Source: Clostridia bacterium
GTDB lineage: Bacteria; Bacillota; Clostridia; JAAYHZ01
Direction: 5' to 3'
Length of the DNA stretch: 64,000 nucleotides
Assembly (NCBI GenBank): GCA_050950825.1
Contig: JBMNIH010000005.1
Location: forward strand, 86,688-150,687
The position numbers and the translations under genes were made by a program. Positions 37,646-47,728 of the stretch are shown one piece after another (position 1 is the stretch's first letter; each line of letters begins with the position of its first letter). The notes beneath the pieces were generated by a model that was given only the letters and a program-made list of their open reading frames with translations, searched no databases and had not been told where the DNA came from.

Positions 37646-40081
37646 TCATTTTTTCATAAAATATTCGCAAGCCGGATAAAGGCTGCAGCGGACAAAGGAT
37701 CCGTAAGGTCCGGTTGTTTTCTCTTGTATTCCGATTTTGCACAAAGGACAGTGATACGGGGTCCTCAGCTCCGGGTTTTCGGCAATATCCTTTTCCAACT
37801 CTTGTATAAACACCGATTTGTTCTTGTCGTTCACAAGAAGATAGACCGTATCCTTTGCTCGGGTAAGGGCGACGTAAAAAAGCCTTCTTTCTTCCGCGTA
37901 AGGAAAAGGATCCGATCGGTCAAGGAGCAAATCCATAACCGAATCGTCGGACATACGGCTTGGAAACCCGAATTTTCCGGCTTCGTTGTTCAATACAAAA
38001 ACCAAATCCCCTTGCAGTCCTTTGGACTTGTGTACCGTCATAAACTCCATGGATATATCCGGACGAAGAGAATAAAAGACAAAGGTGCGCCCTGAGGGAG
38101 TCTGTTTCACGGTCAGCCCGGAGCCTAAAAAGGGATGAATGTCGTCTCGGTACCTTCCCAAAAGCAAAACAAAAGAACCGGAAGGAATCGTTTTAAGGAT
38201 TTCCCTCAGCTTTCCGGGTAAATCTTCTTTTCGATTTCCGTAGATAAAACGGAGGGCCGGATAAGAATCCTCCTTCAAACAACGAAACGTTTTCTTGATT
38301 TGATTCGGATTTTTTAAAATGAAGCGGCTGCTGACAAGAGCCAAATGGTTGTTAAACCGATACGTGGTGCGGATAAAGGATCGTTGGGCCGCTCCGAAAT
38401 ATTTCTCAAAGGATACGAACAAATCGATATTGCTTCCCGCAAAACGATAGATGCTCTGCCAATCGTCCCCCACGCAGAAAAGATCCGCATTGCACCGATC
38501 CTTTAAGGCTTTGATTAATCGGTACCTTGACGGCGATATGTCTTGGTATTCGTCTACGATGATGTATCGATACCTTCTTGCAACCGTTCCTTGCCGCACA
38601 TAGAAGGCGGCTTTGTTGATCATATCGTTAAAATCGATGGCTTCGGTTAAGCGAAGCCGTTCGTCATAGGCGTAGCTTATAGGGGCTATGATATTCAAAA
38701 ACATCCGGTTTCGCTTTTTTCGAAGAATATCATATTCTTTACGGATTCGGCTTAAATCCATAACCGACAAGGAATTGGCTTTCATATGGTGCATAAAAGA
38801 GGCCGCTACGGACACAAAGCGGTTGATGTTCTCCTTGGTATGAAGCATTTGCTTTAAATCCTCTTGGGAAAGAGGAGAAAAACGTACATGGAATTTTTTC
38901 AGCTTTTGCGTCAAGCTTTCAAAAAGTATTCCTTGGGATTGCTCGAAGGAATAGGTTTCGATCAGCGGATTACCGTTCTTTTCATTGATCCTTCTTACCT
39001 TCTTTATGTATCTTTTGTATTTTCTCGGTGCCTTTCCCGCTGCTCTTTCGTTGTTATTTTCTCCTCCGGCCGGTTTTTGGATATAAAAATGTTCTATGAC
39101 GATTCCGTAATCCGGAAGGTAAATCATAGGCTTGTACGGAAATTTGCTTTTCTTTATGGGGATATACGGTCGGATTTGGTACCGTATACCGCCGGTATGT
39201 AAAAAGTCGGCAATCAGCATCTCCTCAAAGGACTGAACTTCTTCGTTTTGAAGGGTTCGGATGCCTTGGTCGGCCAAATAGCTTTTGTATTCTTCTTCCG
39301 TATCAAAATCAAATATGCTTTTATACTCCCTCAAATACCGTAGGAAATATTCGTTCAGAAGAGAAAGGTAATAGGGTTCTTCGGAAAGACTTAAGATTTG
39401 CTCGTGAATGAATGCCGGAAGATCGATATCCGAAAGCAAGGGCTGCTTTCCTTCCGCCTCCGCAATCAATTCCTTTCCCAGCTTGTGAAAAGTGAAAACA
39501 TCAACGGGTGCCTTGGTTTCCTTTTGTATGCGGTTTTTTAACTCCTCCGCCGATGCATTAGTAAAGGACAATACCAAAAGCCGGTCCGGCGGAATGCCTA
39601 AACGCTTTATCAAATATTTGACTTTTCCGACGATGACGGTGGTTTTTCCGGACCCTGCACCGGCAATCACCAAATGGTTCCTGTCCTTTTTCACGATGCA
39701 TTCTCTTTGGTCCGAATCCAAGGCTCGGCCTTCCACACGGTCGAAAAGGTCTTTGCAAGCATTTAGTTCCGACTCGATATACCTTCGATTGACCCTTTGC
39801 CCGGTATCCTCTATCCGGTCGTAAGCGTCCAAGAATCGCTGAATGACCGCATAACATCGCATTCCTTTGGTCCGAAAAATCGCTTTTCTTAACGGTTCGT
39901 ATGCTTTCACCGTAGAAAGCATTTTTTCTATGTCAATATATCCGTCGGAGGGATCATTCTCCATCCTTTGCACCGCTTCGTAAGCCTTTTCCAAAAGCTC
40001 CTCAACCAAAGCTTTTCTTTGTTGTCTTTTCTTTTGCCATAGAAAAAGTACGTTTTTAACGGATTTTATGAGCCTCTTCAT
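37646..40081 (-). CDS. Helicase IV-like UvrD/Rep superfamily-1 helicase with C-terminal topoisomerase-type Zn ribbon
   Basis: AGAGSGKT, TFH, VDEYQD, VGDDWQSIYRF, HKSKGL, EERRLFYVALTRAK; CPLC...C..YPAC. Confidence 0.88.
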   Translation of the reverse strand: MKRLIKSVKNVLFLWQKKRQQRKALVEELLEKAYEAVQRMENDPSDGYIDIEKMLSTVKAYEPLRKAIFRTKGMRCYAVIQRFLDAYDRIEDTGQRVNRRYIESELNACKDLFDRVEGRALDSDQRECIVKKDRNHLVIAGAGSGKTTVIVGKVKYLIKRLGIPPDRLLVLSFTNASAEELKNRIQKETKAPVDVFTFHKLGKELIAEAEGKQPLLSDIDLPAFIHEQILSLSEEPYYLSLLNEYFLRYLREYKSIFDFDTEEEYKSYLADQGIRTLQNEEVQSFEEMLIADFLHTGGIRYQIRPYIPIKKSKFPYKPMIYLPDYGIVIEHFYIQKPAGGENNNERAAGKAPRKYKRYIKKVRRINEKNGNPLIETYSFEQSQGILFESLTQKLKKFHVRFSPLSQEDLKQMLHTKENINRFVSVAASFMHHMKANSLSVMDLSRIRKEYDILRKKRNRMFLNIIAPISYAYDERLRLTEAIDFNDMINKAAFYVRQGTVARRYRYIIVDEYQDISPSRYRLIKALKDRCNADLFCVGDDWQSIYRFAGSNIDLFVSFEKYFGAAQRSFIRTTYRFNNHLALVSSRFILKNPNQIKKTFRCLKEDSYPALRFIYGNRKEDLPGKLREILKTIPSGSFVLLLGRYRDDIHPFLGSGLTVKQTPSGRTFVFYSLRPDISMEFMTVHKSKGLQGDLVFVLNNEAGKFGFPSRMSDDSVMDLLLDRSDPFPYAEERRLFYVALTRAKDTVYLLVNDKNKSVFIQELEKDIAENPELRTPYHCPLCKIGIQEKTTGPYGSFVRCSLYPACEYFMKK

Positions 40082-40163
40082 TTTTACTTTACTTTTTATC
40101 TTTTGTATTTTTACAAGCTATGTATTTACAGTGTAGTACAAATTTCGTTTCTACTCAAGCCGT

Positions 40164-40190
40164 AAAAAAAACAGCTGCCGTGCAGCTGCT
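40164..40190 (-). terminator. Intrinsic terminator after the M55 peptidase gene
   Basis: Minus strand CAGCTG-cacgg-CAGCTG followed by T7. Confidence 0.65.
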
Positions 40191-40204
40191 CTACCTCTAT
40201 TGCT

Positions 40205-41023
40205 CTATTTTCCGCCGTAGGGCATATTAAAGACTCCGATGATGCTTGAGGGGTGTTCCCATTTGCTGTATCTCGGGGGAATGTCGCCGTTTTTTCTCGT
40301 CTCCATTTCAAGTATATAGGGCGGATCTAATTTCGGCACTTGAAAGCTTTTCGGATCATTTATAAACCGTGTCAATGCGTCGTAAGCGCCTTTTTTGATC
40401 ATTTCCCTCGCCCGTTCGGGATGGATATGCTCCGCCGCCAAATTCCGATTGCGGTATTGGTCCGTATCGCACTCGATACCGGTTCCCGGTGTCAATCCTC
40501 TTTTTACGGCAACGGTTTCGATCCCCGGTACAAGGGCTTGGGCTTCTTTCGTAAAGGCAAGGTCTCCCGATCCGAAAATCGGCGTGACGCCCAATTCGGA
40601 GCAAATGAAGACGGCGGTGCCGAACTCGCCGATGGAAATGCCGTTCAACCTTTTATCGATGACATTGAACCATCCGGTATGGGATATGTGTCCGTATTCG
40701 GTACCGGCCTTCGGATGCTGTCCGATAACGGCATAACAATCAAAATTGTTTTCCAGTCCTCCGGGATACGGCACGGGACTCCAGCCCCTACGGTAATCCA
40801 CCCGACGATCGAGAAGCTCTAAGGTCAGCCCGCCATAGCCGTGGCCGTCGCTTACCAGTATGTACTCCGCTCCGGCTTCGAAAAAGCCTTCTATGGCGGC
40901 ATTGACTTCTCTTGTCAGAAGCTCTTTACCCCGTTCGTAATATCGCCCTTCCGGCGTGACCCACGTATCGTGGTCAATCACGCCCGCTACGCCTTCCATG
41001 TCCGTTCCTATCATGATACGCAT
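40205..41023 (-). CDS. D-aminopeptidase, M55 family (DppA-like)
   Basis: DMEGVAG, DGHG, ISHT, IGEFG, SGD and VAVKRG. Confidence 0.88.
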   Translation of the reverse strand: MRIMIGTDMEGVAGVIDHDTWVTPEGRYYERGKELLTREVNAAIEGFFEAGAEYILVSDGHGYGGLTLELLDRRVDYRRGWSPVPYPGGLENNFDCYAVIGQHPKAGTEYGHISHTGWFNVIDKRLNGISIGEFGTAVFICSELGVTPIFGSGDLAFTKEAQALVPGIETVAVKRGLTPGTGIECDTDQYRNRNLAAEHIHPERAREMIKKGAYDALTRFINDPKSFQVPKLDPPYILEMETRKNGDIPPRYSKWEHPSSIIGVFNMPYGGK

Positions 41024-41203
41024 AGTCCCTACTCCTGATACATACGAATTTTATTTACCATCATACTACCACAAAAACACGATCGGTTACACGATAAAGT
41101 ACGAGGGTTTTTGTGGTATTTTATCGGAATATCGCGAACCTGATCATTTATACAACGAGATTGTCGTGCAATCCGATAAGCACAAAAAAGAAGTGAAAGC
41201 TTC

Positions 41204-41467
41204 CTAACGTTTCGGCATTTCCTTCGTCAACGGCCGGCAATTCCCGGTTGTATCTTTCGCCCCGGAGCTGAAGGCCATGGCATATTTGCAGCCTTGCCAT
41301 TTGCAGTATTCTTCTTCGAATTTTTAAGTGACGTCCGTACGGGACATGCTGCGGTCTCTTTAAACCTTAAAAACCGCCTCTTCGTGCTCCTTCGATATAA
41401 CCGGCCGGATAAAGGTCTCTTTGGATTCTTCGGTAACCGCCTTCGGTCCTCCGAATATCGCCGGCAT
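41204..41467 (-). pseudogene. N-terminal remnant of a DegT/DnrJ/EryC1/StrS aminotransferase
   Basis: Hand translation MPAIFGGPKAVTEE...EEAVFKV*RDRSMSRTDVT*KFEEEYCKWQGCKYAMAFSSG: typical DegT N-terminus with two TAA stops, then homology ends. Confidence 0.7.
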
Positions 41468-41486
41468 TTCTATCGAAAAATTCCTC

Positions 41487-43625
41487 CTATTCCAAAACCA
41501 CGGTTTCGAACAGCTCTAACCTCGGCAGCCGGACGGTCAATATTCCGTCTTTCTTTTCTACGGGAAGCGTAGTTCCGGCAACCAAAGCACGAGCTTTTGT
41601 CCGCCGGGTACGAACATGCAGTATCACGTTTTCATTGGGCATGATTTTTTCAAAGGGGCGGCTTACTCCTCCGGTGTAGTTGATCAGGCTGATCATATCC
41701 TTTGAGTTGTCATTGCTTCTTCGGTAAGCTACTTCCACGGAATATTCCAAATTCTCCGTCACGATGTCTTTAGGACTTAACATAACGAAAAGGTTGGCCA
41801 AAAGCTTTCGTATATCCGCTTGCTTGTAGTTCCAGAACAATTCCCCGAAAACCCCCGCCATGTACACGGCTTTTCCTTTTCCGTAGCGATTCAAAGTTAT
41901 GGCCGGGTACTCGGAAGGTACGATTTCGCTTCCGTCCCATCCTTTGAACTTCTTCGAATAATAGCTGATAACCTCCGCCGTTACGGGCTCTACCTCCGTA
42001 CTGATCAAGGGGGAAGGCAGCCGGTCAACGGTAATGTCGTTAAACGCTTCGTGATTTTCTTGTCGGAAGAAATAGAAATGAGGATAAGGCTTTAAGGGGG
42101 TTCTCAGCATCTTAATACCGAAAAGATCCGATAATCCGAGCTCCGTACCCCGTACGCCTTCTTCGTCGCAAATGGACGTTTCGAAGCTGGCAATCACGTT
42201 CCCGCCGTTTTTAACGTATTCCTTCAGTCTTTCGTTGAATTCATGTCCGGTGCATCCCACGTTGGGAAGGATTAAAAGTTCATACTTTTGAATGTCTTCG
42301 TTGCGGACGCTTTCTTCATCGATAATGTCACAGGGAATATGGGCTTTTAATAAAGCATCGTAAAAACCGTTGAACTCTTCACGAATGTCGCCCACCTGAT
42401 CCCCTACTTGGCCGCCTTGGGTAAAGTCGCCGTGGGAGACGGAAGGCTTCGAATAAAAGTTGATGGAGTCTTCCGGCCAAAGAATCGCAACCTTCGCCAA
42501 GGAGCGGGTGTTGTAATAACAGTCTCTGTTGTCGGAGAAGAATTTGTAATCCTCCCATATTTTCTTTGCCGCAGGTTGGTCTTTAAACCAATGGAAGCAG
42601 GAGAACCATACCCCGGCTCCGTGAACCACCGGCTGAACGTTGGCCAATCGCAGCTCCGTCTCGGGCGTATAGTAGCTTCGCCAAGGGCTGTGGGCGGGGC
42701 TGTTGGCCACAACCACCGGTTTTCCTCCGGATTGGGTTTGATAATACTTGGCATTCGAGCCTTGCCTCCAGTACGGAAGGGTGGTCAAGGGTCCTCCGAT
42801 AAAGCCGCCTTCGGCTAACAACACGTCTTCTTCTTTCATCAATATTCGGTTGTTCCGTCCGACTATGTAGTAGGGTTCGTCTCTTTTGCCGGAATTTCCG
42901 TACAAGGCTACGTCCGGACGTATGGCTTTGATGGCTTTGTTGCAGTGCTCCATAAATTTCCGCAAGCAGTCCGCTTGGAAAAAGGCCAGCTTTCGAAATC
43001 CGGGAGTGCCCGGCTCTTTTATGGGCATATCCGTTCCGTACCGCTCCTTGTATAGCTTCTTGCAGGTATCGCAATAGCATGCTTTCGGATACAGGCAGGG
43101 CCCGTCGAAGAAAATGCCGTCAATTGGATATTGGCAAAGCTCGATACAAACATCCCTTACCCAATCTCGCCAAGGAGAATTGACGCAAAAGGTGGTTTCG
43201 ATGCCGTACAAATTGTCCACAATCGTTCCGTCGTAGCGAACCTGCCTCCACTCGGGATGCTCCGCTCCGAAATCCGGTTTGATGGCGTGGGTATTGAAAT
43301 AGACGATGGTACGGTATCCTGCCGGAATGGATTTTTCAAGATAATCTTTTAAGTAATCTCGGCCGACTCTTTTAAAGTTCTTGGAGTTGAAATAGCAGAC
43401 ACGGTTGGTCAAATGACCATCAATAAAGCTGAGGCCGTGGGTTTGCAAGGCGTTGGACGCCTTGATATGGTTCACTTCCCTTTCGGGATCCGCATGTACT
43501 TGCCAATCGTTCCCGCTAGATATTCCGGGCAAGGTGGCCATGTTCTGTTCGTAAATCAATAATGGCTCTTTTTCCCACCAGCGAATGTTTTCTTCTTTAA
43601 CTTTAACCATTTGAAGCTCCTTCAT
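41487..43625 (-). CDS. Glycoside hydrolase-like protein (GHL6/GH42-like barrel plus beta-galactosidase trimerisation domain)
   Basis: HPEWRQ, CVNSPWRD, DGIFFDG...CYCDTC, YELLILPN and GKGKAVY. Confidence 0.78.
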   Translation of the reverse strand: MKELQMVKVKEENIRWWEKEPLLIYEQNMATLPGISSGNDWQVHADPEREVNHIKASNALQTHGLSFIDGHLTNRVCYFNSKNFKRVGRDYLKDYLEKSIPAGYRTIVYFNTHAIKPDFGAEHPEWRQVRYDGTIVDNLYGIETTFCVNSPWRDWVRDVCIELCQYPIDGIFFDGPCLYPKACYCDTCKKLYKERYGTDMPIKEPGTPGFRKLAFFQADCLRKFMEHCNKAIKAIRPDVALYGNSGKRDEPYYIVGRNNRILMKEEDVLLAEGGFIGGPLTTLPYWRQGSNAKYYQTQSGGKPVVVANSPAHSPWRSYYTPETELRLANVQPVVHGAGVWFSCFHWFKDQPAAKKIWEDYKFFSDNRDCYYNTRSLAKVAILWPEDSINFYSKPSVSHGDFTQGGQVGDQVGDIREEFNGFYDALLKAHIPCDIIDEESVRNEDIQKYELLILPNVGCTGHEFNERLKEYVKNGGNVIASFETSICDEEGVRGTELGLSDLFGIKMLRTPLKPYPHFYFFRQENHEAFNDITVDRLPSPLISTEVEPVTAEVISYYSKKFKGWDGSEIVPSEYPAITLNRYGKGKAVYMAGVFGELFWNYKQADIRKLLANLFVMLSPKDIVTENLEYSVEVAYRRSNDNSKDMISLINYTGGVSRPFEKIMPNENVILHVRTRRTKARALVAGTTLPVEKKDGILTVRLPRLELFETVVLE

Positions 43626-43727
43626 TTTTTTCCTCGTATAGCTTATTATACAAACAAAAGGCCTTATCCGAGTAATTTTTCTTCAAATAAGGCCGTTGTA
43701 TAAGTAAGTTAACCGGTACTATTGGTC

Positions 43728-45638
43728 TTACGGCAACACAGGCCTCGTATATTTTTCAAATTTGTCGTTGTTGAAATAGTCGTCAACAATCTTGCCTAAT
43801 CCTGCGGCGTAAAGGCGGGTGATATAGGATTCCCATTCGGTGTAAATGTTGGCGATTTGACCTGCCCAATGACGATTGATAAAGTCCTTCATAACCGCCA
43901 TGATCTCTCCGCTTACCTCCTGCCAATCCTTCACGTAGTCGTTGTACATGCTTCCCATGTACATATAGTCGATGTACTTGTAAGGCTCGACGGTGTATTT
44001 TTTCGTCCAGCTGTGTTGATCCGAGAATCCCCATATGAACACGCGGACTTCGTTCATGTTGTAGCCGTATTCCGGCGTAAAGGAACCGATGAATCCGGGA
44101 TTTCCTTCCGATGCGTATCTACGATAGTGAGACGGTATTTTGTCGATAGGGGTTTGAACCTGACCGCCCGCCCACGGTTCCCCGGTCCATCTATAATGCA
44201 CGCCTTCGATACCGTATACGATGGTTCTCCAGAAATCGTCGTCGGGATTGGAATAGGCGTCGTTCCAGATGGTGAAGATTCTTGCCAATTTATCGTCGGA
44301 AACGCTTGCTCCGATGGTATAGGCGCTGGTGGCGAAGGCATCCAAGCGGTGCCTCTTGCTTCCCCAGGTTCCTTCCGGGCCCGGACCCGCCATGGCAGGC
44401 AGTATGAGGAACGTAGCCGATTCGTCCACGCTCATCCATATGCTCTGCGGAGGCTGGCGATCGGAGTATTCCGGAAGATCCGGTCTTGCGATGTATTGGC
44501 TGTCGCACAGGAAGAATCCGATTTTACCTGTGGCCCAGTTGGCCAACGTATTGTCATACCAGGATCCTTGCGGAGCCAAGCTTTGGAATCCTTCGGGCAG
44601 GGTTCTCATGTAGCCCTTTTGGTACATGTCAAAGGCCCATTCCATATAATCGCGGAAGCCGGTATGGGCGTAATAGGGCACCACGTCTCCCGTGGTTTCA
44701 TCCAAGTACAAGTAGTTTGCCGCCGTGGTGATGCCGAATTGTCCCCAGTAAGAATCCACCCAGGACACATGGTTATGAGGATAAATGACGGCTCCGTAGG
44801 TATCGTCAATACCGTTTCCGTCCGGATCGTCCTCCGTAAAGGCGCGGAAGATATCGTTCATTTCTTCATGTGCAAATACATGGTTGGTGATAAACAGCTG
44901 TCCGTCGTATTTTCCCAGCTTTTCGTCCGAGATTTTCACCGGCACAAGCTCCGATTCCGGAGGATCGTATCCAACGCTCTCCAACCAATCCAAACGGATC
45001 AAAGGCCAGTTGTAATAGGTTTTGTAACGACCCAAAATCATGGCTACGCCGTAGTATTCGTCGGACAAGGAACCGTCTTCCTTTTTAATATTGCTGTAGT
45101 TATAGGAAGAGGGAGCGTTATTCTCCATTTGTTGATAGTAGTACGGGAAATATTTTTTATACATGTCGATATGGATGCTCCTTGTGAAGCCTTCCTCGTA
45201 CAACTGCACCTGGTTCAGCGGAGAATGCGGGAGATAACTGACGTCGGGAATATCTCCTGCCGCCAGCATCATGGCGATGCCTTCCGCGTCATAGTTGCTG
45301 ATGTTCCATACCTTAAAATCCACGTTGTAACGTTCCTCAATCATCAGTTCATCCATAGCGCCTTCGATATATTTATCGTCGTTGATATGGGTCAGCCATG
45401 ATATTTCGTAGAACTCGGCAAATGGATTTTCCTCTACCTTTTGTGTGGTCGTCGCAGCCGTCGTCGTTGTGGTAGCGGCAGCCGCTGTCGTCGTTTTCGC
45501 CGCCGTTGTCGTCACGGCTTGCGTCGTCGTTGTTTCGGTATTCGGTTGCTCTTGGGACGTACCTTGGCATGCGGTAGCCAAAAGCAAAGCTAAAATGACC
45601 AATAAAACGCCTATTTTATAGCCTTTTCTAATAAACAT
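43728..45638 (-). CDS. Carbohydrate ABC-transporter solute-binding lipoprotein
   Basis: Lipobox ATAC, poly-Thr/Ala linker, AAGDIPD, IRLDWL, DPDGNGIDDTYG and YGIEGVHY. Confidence 0.85.
   Translation of the reverse strand: MFIRKGYKIGVLLVILALLLATACQGTSQEQPNTETTTTQAVTTTAAKTTTAAAATTTTTAATTTQKVEENPFAEFYEISWLTHINDDKYIEGAMDELMIEERYNVDFKVWNISNYDAEGIAMMLAAGDIPDVSYLPHSPLNQVQLYEEGFTRSIHIDMYKKYFPYYYQQMENNAPSSYNYSNIKKEDGSLSDEYYGVAMILGRYKTYYNWPLIRLDWLESVGYDPPESELVPVKISDEKLGKYDGQLFITNHVFAHEEMNDIFRAFTEDDPDGNGIDDTYGAVIYPHNHVSWVDSYWGQFGITTAANYLYLDETTGDVVPYYAHTGFRDYMEWAFDMYQKGYMRTLPEGFQSLAPQGSWYDNTLANWATGKIGFFLCDSQYIARPDLPEYSDRQPPQSIWMSVDESATFLILPAMAGPGPEGTWGSKRHRLDAFATSAYTIGASVSDDKLARIFTIWNDAYSNPDDDFWRTIVYGIEGVHYRWTGEPWAGGQVQTPIDKIPSHYRRYASEGNPGFIGSFTPEYGYNMNEVRVFIWGFSDQHSWTKKYTVEPYKYIDYMYMGSMYNDYVKDWQEVSGEIMAVMKDFINRHWAGQIANIYTEWESYITRLYAAGLGKIVDDYFNNDKFEKYTRPVLP
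45448..45540 (-). repeat. Low-complexity ACG/GCG-rich repeat encoding a Thr/Ala linker
   Basis: Encodes TETTTTQAVTTTAAKTTTAAAATTTTTAATT. Confidence 0.75.
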
Positions 45639-45837
45639 CTCATATCCTCCTTATCATTGATTTATAGAAAATTGATACAAATCCGGATCAATGTATCGGC
45701 ATGTTTTTATGTAAAAAGCCCTTCCTACCATAAACGAAATCGAGCTTTTTGGCTATGGACCTGTCCGACAATATTCCTATATCCATGTCTCCATAGCATA
45801 AAGCGTCACGGCTTTCGAAAAACACCTTGATGAATGC

Positions 45838-46767
45838 TTATTTTATTGTCTTATCCAATGTCTTAATATCCAAAAGGCCTTTTTTGACCAAGCGATATTC
45901 TCCCGGCGTCAATCCCACATACCGATTGAAGCAGCGGTAGAAATATTCATGAGAGACAAAGCCCACGCTTTGGCTGATGTCCGAAATCGATATGTTGGTA
46001 TGCTTTAACAAGTATTTTGCACATTTGATTCTGTCCATGATCAGCTTTTGGGAGAATGTACAAGAATATATGTTTCGGATAACGCGATCCAAGTGTCTCG
46101 GCGTAATATAGAGCCTCTTCGCCAATTCTTCTCGAGAGGCGTTCGGGTCATTGCCCTTTTCTTGAAAATAGGTATCGATAATGTATTTTCTGTCGCATTC
46201 CTTCGGAGAGTCCCCGTTATAGTCCGCTCGTTCCACGGGGCAGGTCATATGTCTCATAATGTCAATAACCGCACTTGACATTAACGACCTCATTTTGATT
46301 AAAGACAAGCAGTCATGATTATGATATTCTTCGATGACCTCCCGAAACAGGTTCAAAAACGTCGGGGCGTCAAAAATGCTAAACACCTCTCGATACGACA
46401 GACAAGTGTTGATCAGGTTTTTTACGGCCAAGTCGGATTTTACGTATTCTTTTTCGTTTACGGCAAACAAAAAGGAAACGATTCGACCGTCTTCTTCCGC
46501 TTCGTACAACCCGTGAAAGATATTCGGCCGGATGACGATTGCTTGGTGTTCACATACCGTATGAATCCTGTTGTCTACGATCATTCGGAAGGAGCCTTTC
46601 GCCGCAAAATGAACGTCAAACCCGTAGTGGGTGTGCTTTTTCCCGTCGTTCGTTTGGTTGCGCAGGAAAAATCCATTGTCCAATATGATGTCCAGCGGAA
46701 GCTCCTGCAGCATGAATTGAACCGGATTATCCGTTGGCCGATTACCGGTTTTTATTCCGACTTCCAT
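45838..46767 (-). CDS. AraC-family transcriptional regulator
   Basis: N-terminal cupin (HTHYGFDVH) and C-terminal double HTH ISDISQSVGF...FYRCFNRYVGLTPGEYR. Confidence 0.92.
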   Translation of the reverse strand: MEVGIKTGNRPTDNPVQFMLQELPLDIILDNGFFLRNQTNDGKKHTHYGFDVHFAAKGSFRMIVDNRIHTVCEHQAIVIRPNIFHGLYEAEEDGRIVSFLFAVNEKEYVKSDLAVKNLINTCLSYREVFSIFDAPTFLNLFREVIEEYHNHDCLSLIKMRSLMSSAVIDIMRHMTCPVERADYNGDSPKECDRKYIIDTYFQEKGNDPNASREELAKRLYITPRHLDRVIRNIYSCTFSQKLIMDRIKCAKYLLKHTNISISDISQSVGFVSHEYFYRCFNRYVGLTPGEYRLVKKGLLDIKTLDKTIK

Positions 46768-46991
46768 AAAACCCCACCTTCTTTTATAACCCCCTAGAGG
46801 GTTTACCGGGCCAACCTTTTGTGCCCATTATACAATAAAGACAGGAAGAATATAATTGTCTTAAACGACCAAATTCTGGAGAGAATGTCTCTATAGGTCA
46901 ATGGGACGACCGGACATGACAGAGACAAAAAAACATAAAAAAAAAGAAATCTTGATTTGAACTGCTCCCTATCAAGTATTCCTTTTTTGGT

Positions 46992-47630
46992 TTATCCAAT
47001 ATCAAGGACGGCATACACAAAGCCGCCGCCTAAACAAGTGGTGTCGTACCACAGCTTCAGGTCCGCATGCTTGATTTTGCCTTCGTCGTAGGACTCCAAT
47101 ACCGCGCCGCTGAAATCCTCGGCATAGTCCATGGAAACAATCGTCACCCAATGCCATTTATCCAATGCCTTTTCTTTGCCGTTGCAAAGATTCAAAAAGG
47201 CAACGGGCGTATCTTGGTCAAGGCCATTTGCAATAAAGGATACGACTTCTTTAAAGGACGGACGAGCTTCCTTTCTTTCGGGGATGTTTAGAAAATGGTG
47301 GCGTAAAGGCAATCCCTTTTCTTTTGCATAGGATATTAATCCTTTGTAGAAAATGGCGGTGGTATTGACGCCTCGAATGGTAGGCGTCACATGGCACCAC
47401 AGCTCCTCCATAAGAGACATAAATTCGTTTTTTTCGTACGGTTTGTCCTGATTGTTCAATTTCTTCAGCTTAAACAAATAGCCAAATATATTCGACGCAA
47501 CGGAAGGTCCGCAGCCGGCAAGGCGCTGCCATTTGGTGCCGAACCATTCCTGATTGCATCCGAAATACATTTGGCCGCAACGATTATCCGTTATATGTAG
47601 AAAGCTTTTGTTCGAAATTGACTTTTTCAT
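46992..47630 (-). CDS. Hypothetical protein with a probable papain-like (C39-like) catalytic triad
   Basis: Q...AGCGP, WHWVT and YDEG. Confidence 0.55.
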   Translation of the reverse strand: MKKSISNKSFLHITDNRCGQMYFGCNQEWFGTKWQRLAGCGPSVASNIFGYLFKLKKLNNQDKPYEKNEFMSLMEELWCHVTPTIRGVNTTAIFYKGLISYAKEKGLPLRHHFLNIPERKEARPSFKEVVSFIANGLDQDTPVAFLNLCNGKEKALDKWHWVTIVSMDYAEDFSGAVLESYDEGKIKHADLKLWYDTTCLGGGFVYAVLDIG

Positions 47631-47728
47631 GTCTCCCCTCCATTCCCGTAAAGTATAGCGTCTCCTTTTTACGAATGCAAGAGGAAAATTTCCCGTAAAA
47701 AAGCCCTGCTTCTACATACCCAAAACCT

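Noticed and set aside
37646-40081. Anti-phage defence helicase system
   Set aside because: Stand-alone gene among metabolic genes with no partner nuclease or ATPase; best read as helicase IV-like.
43857-45401. 514-aa plus-strand ORF (and similar long antisense ORFs such as 30580-31710, 32864-33631 and 35960-36751)
   Set aside because: Antisense shadows of well-supported minus-strand genes, with no recognisable motifs; expected from codon bias.
45448-45540. Possible CRISPR or contingency repeat
   Set aside because: Degenerate triplet repeat encoding an ordinary Thr/Ala lipoprotein linker; no spacer structure.
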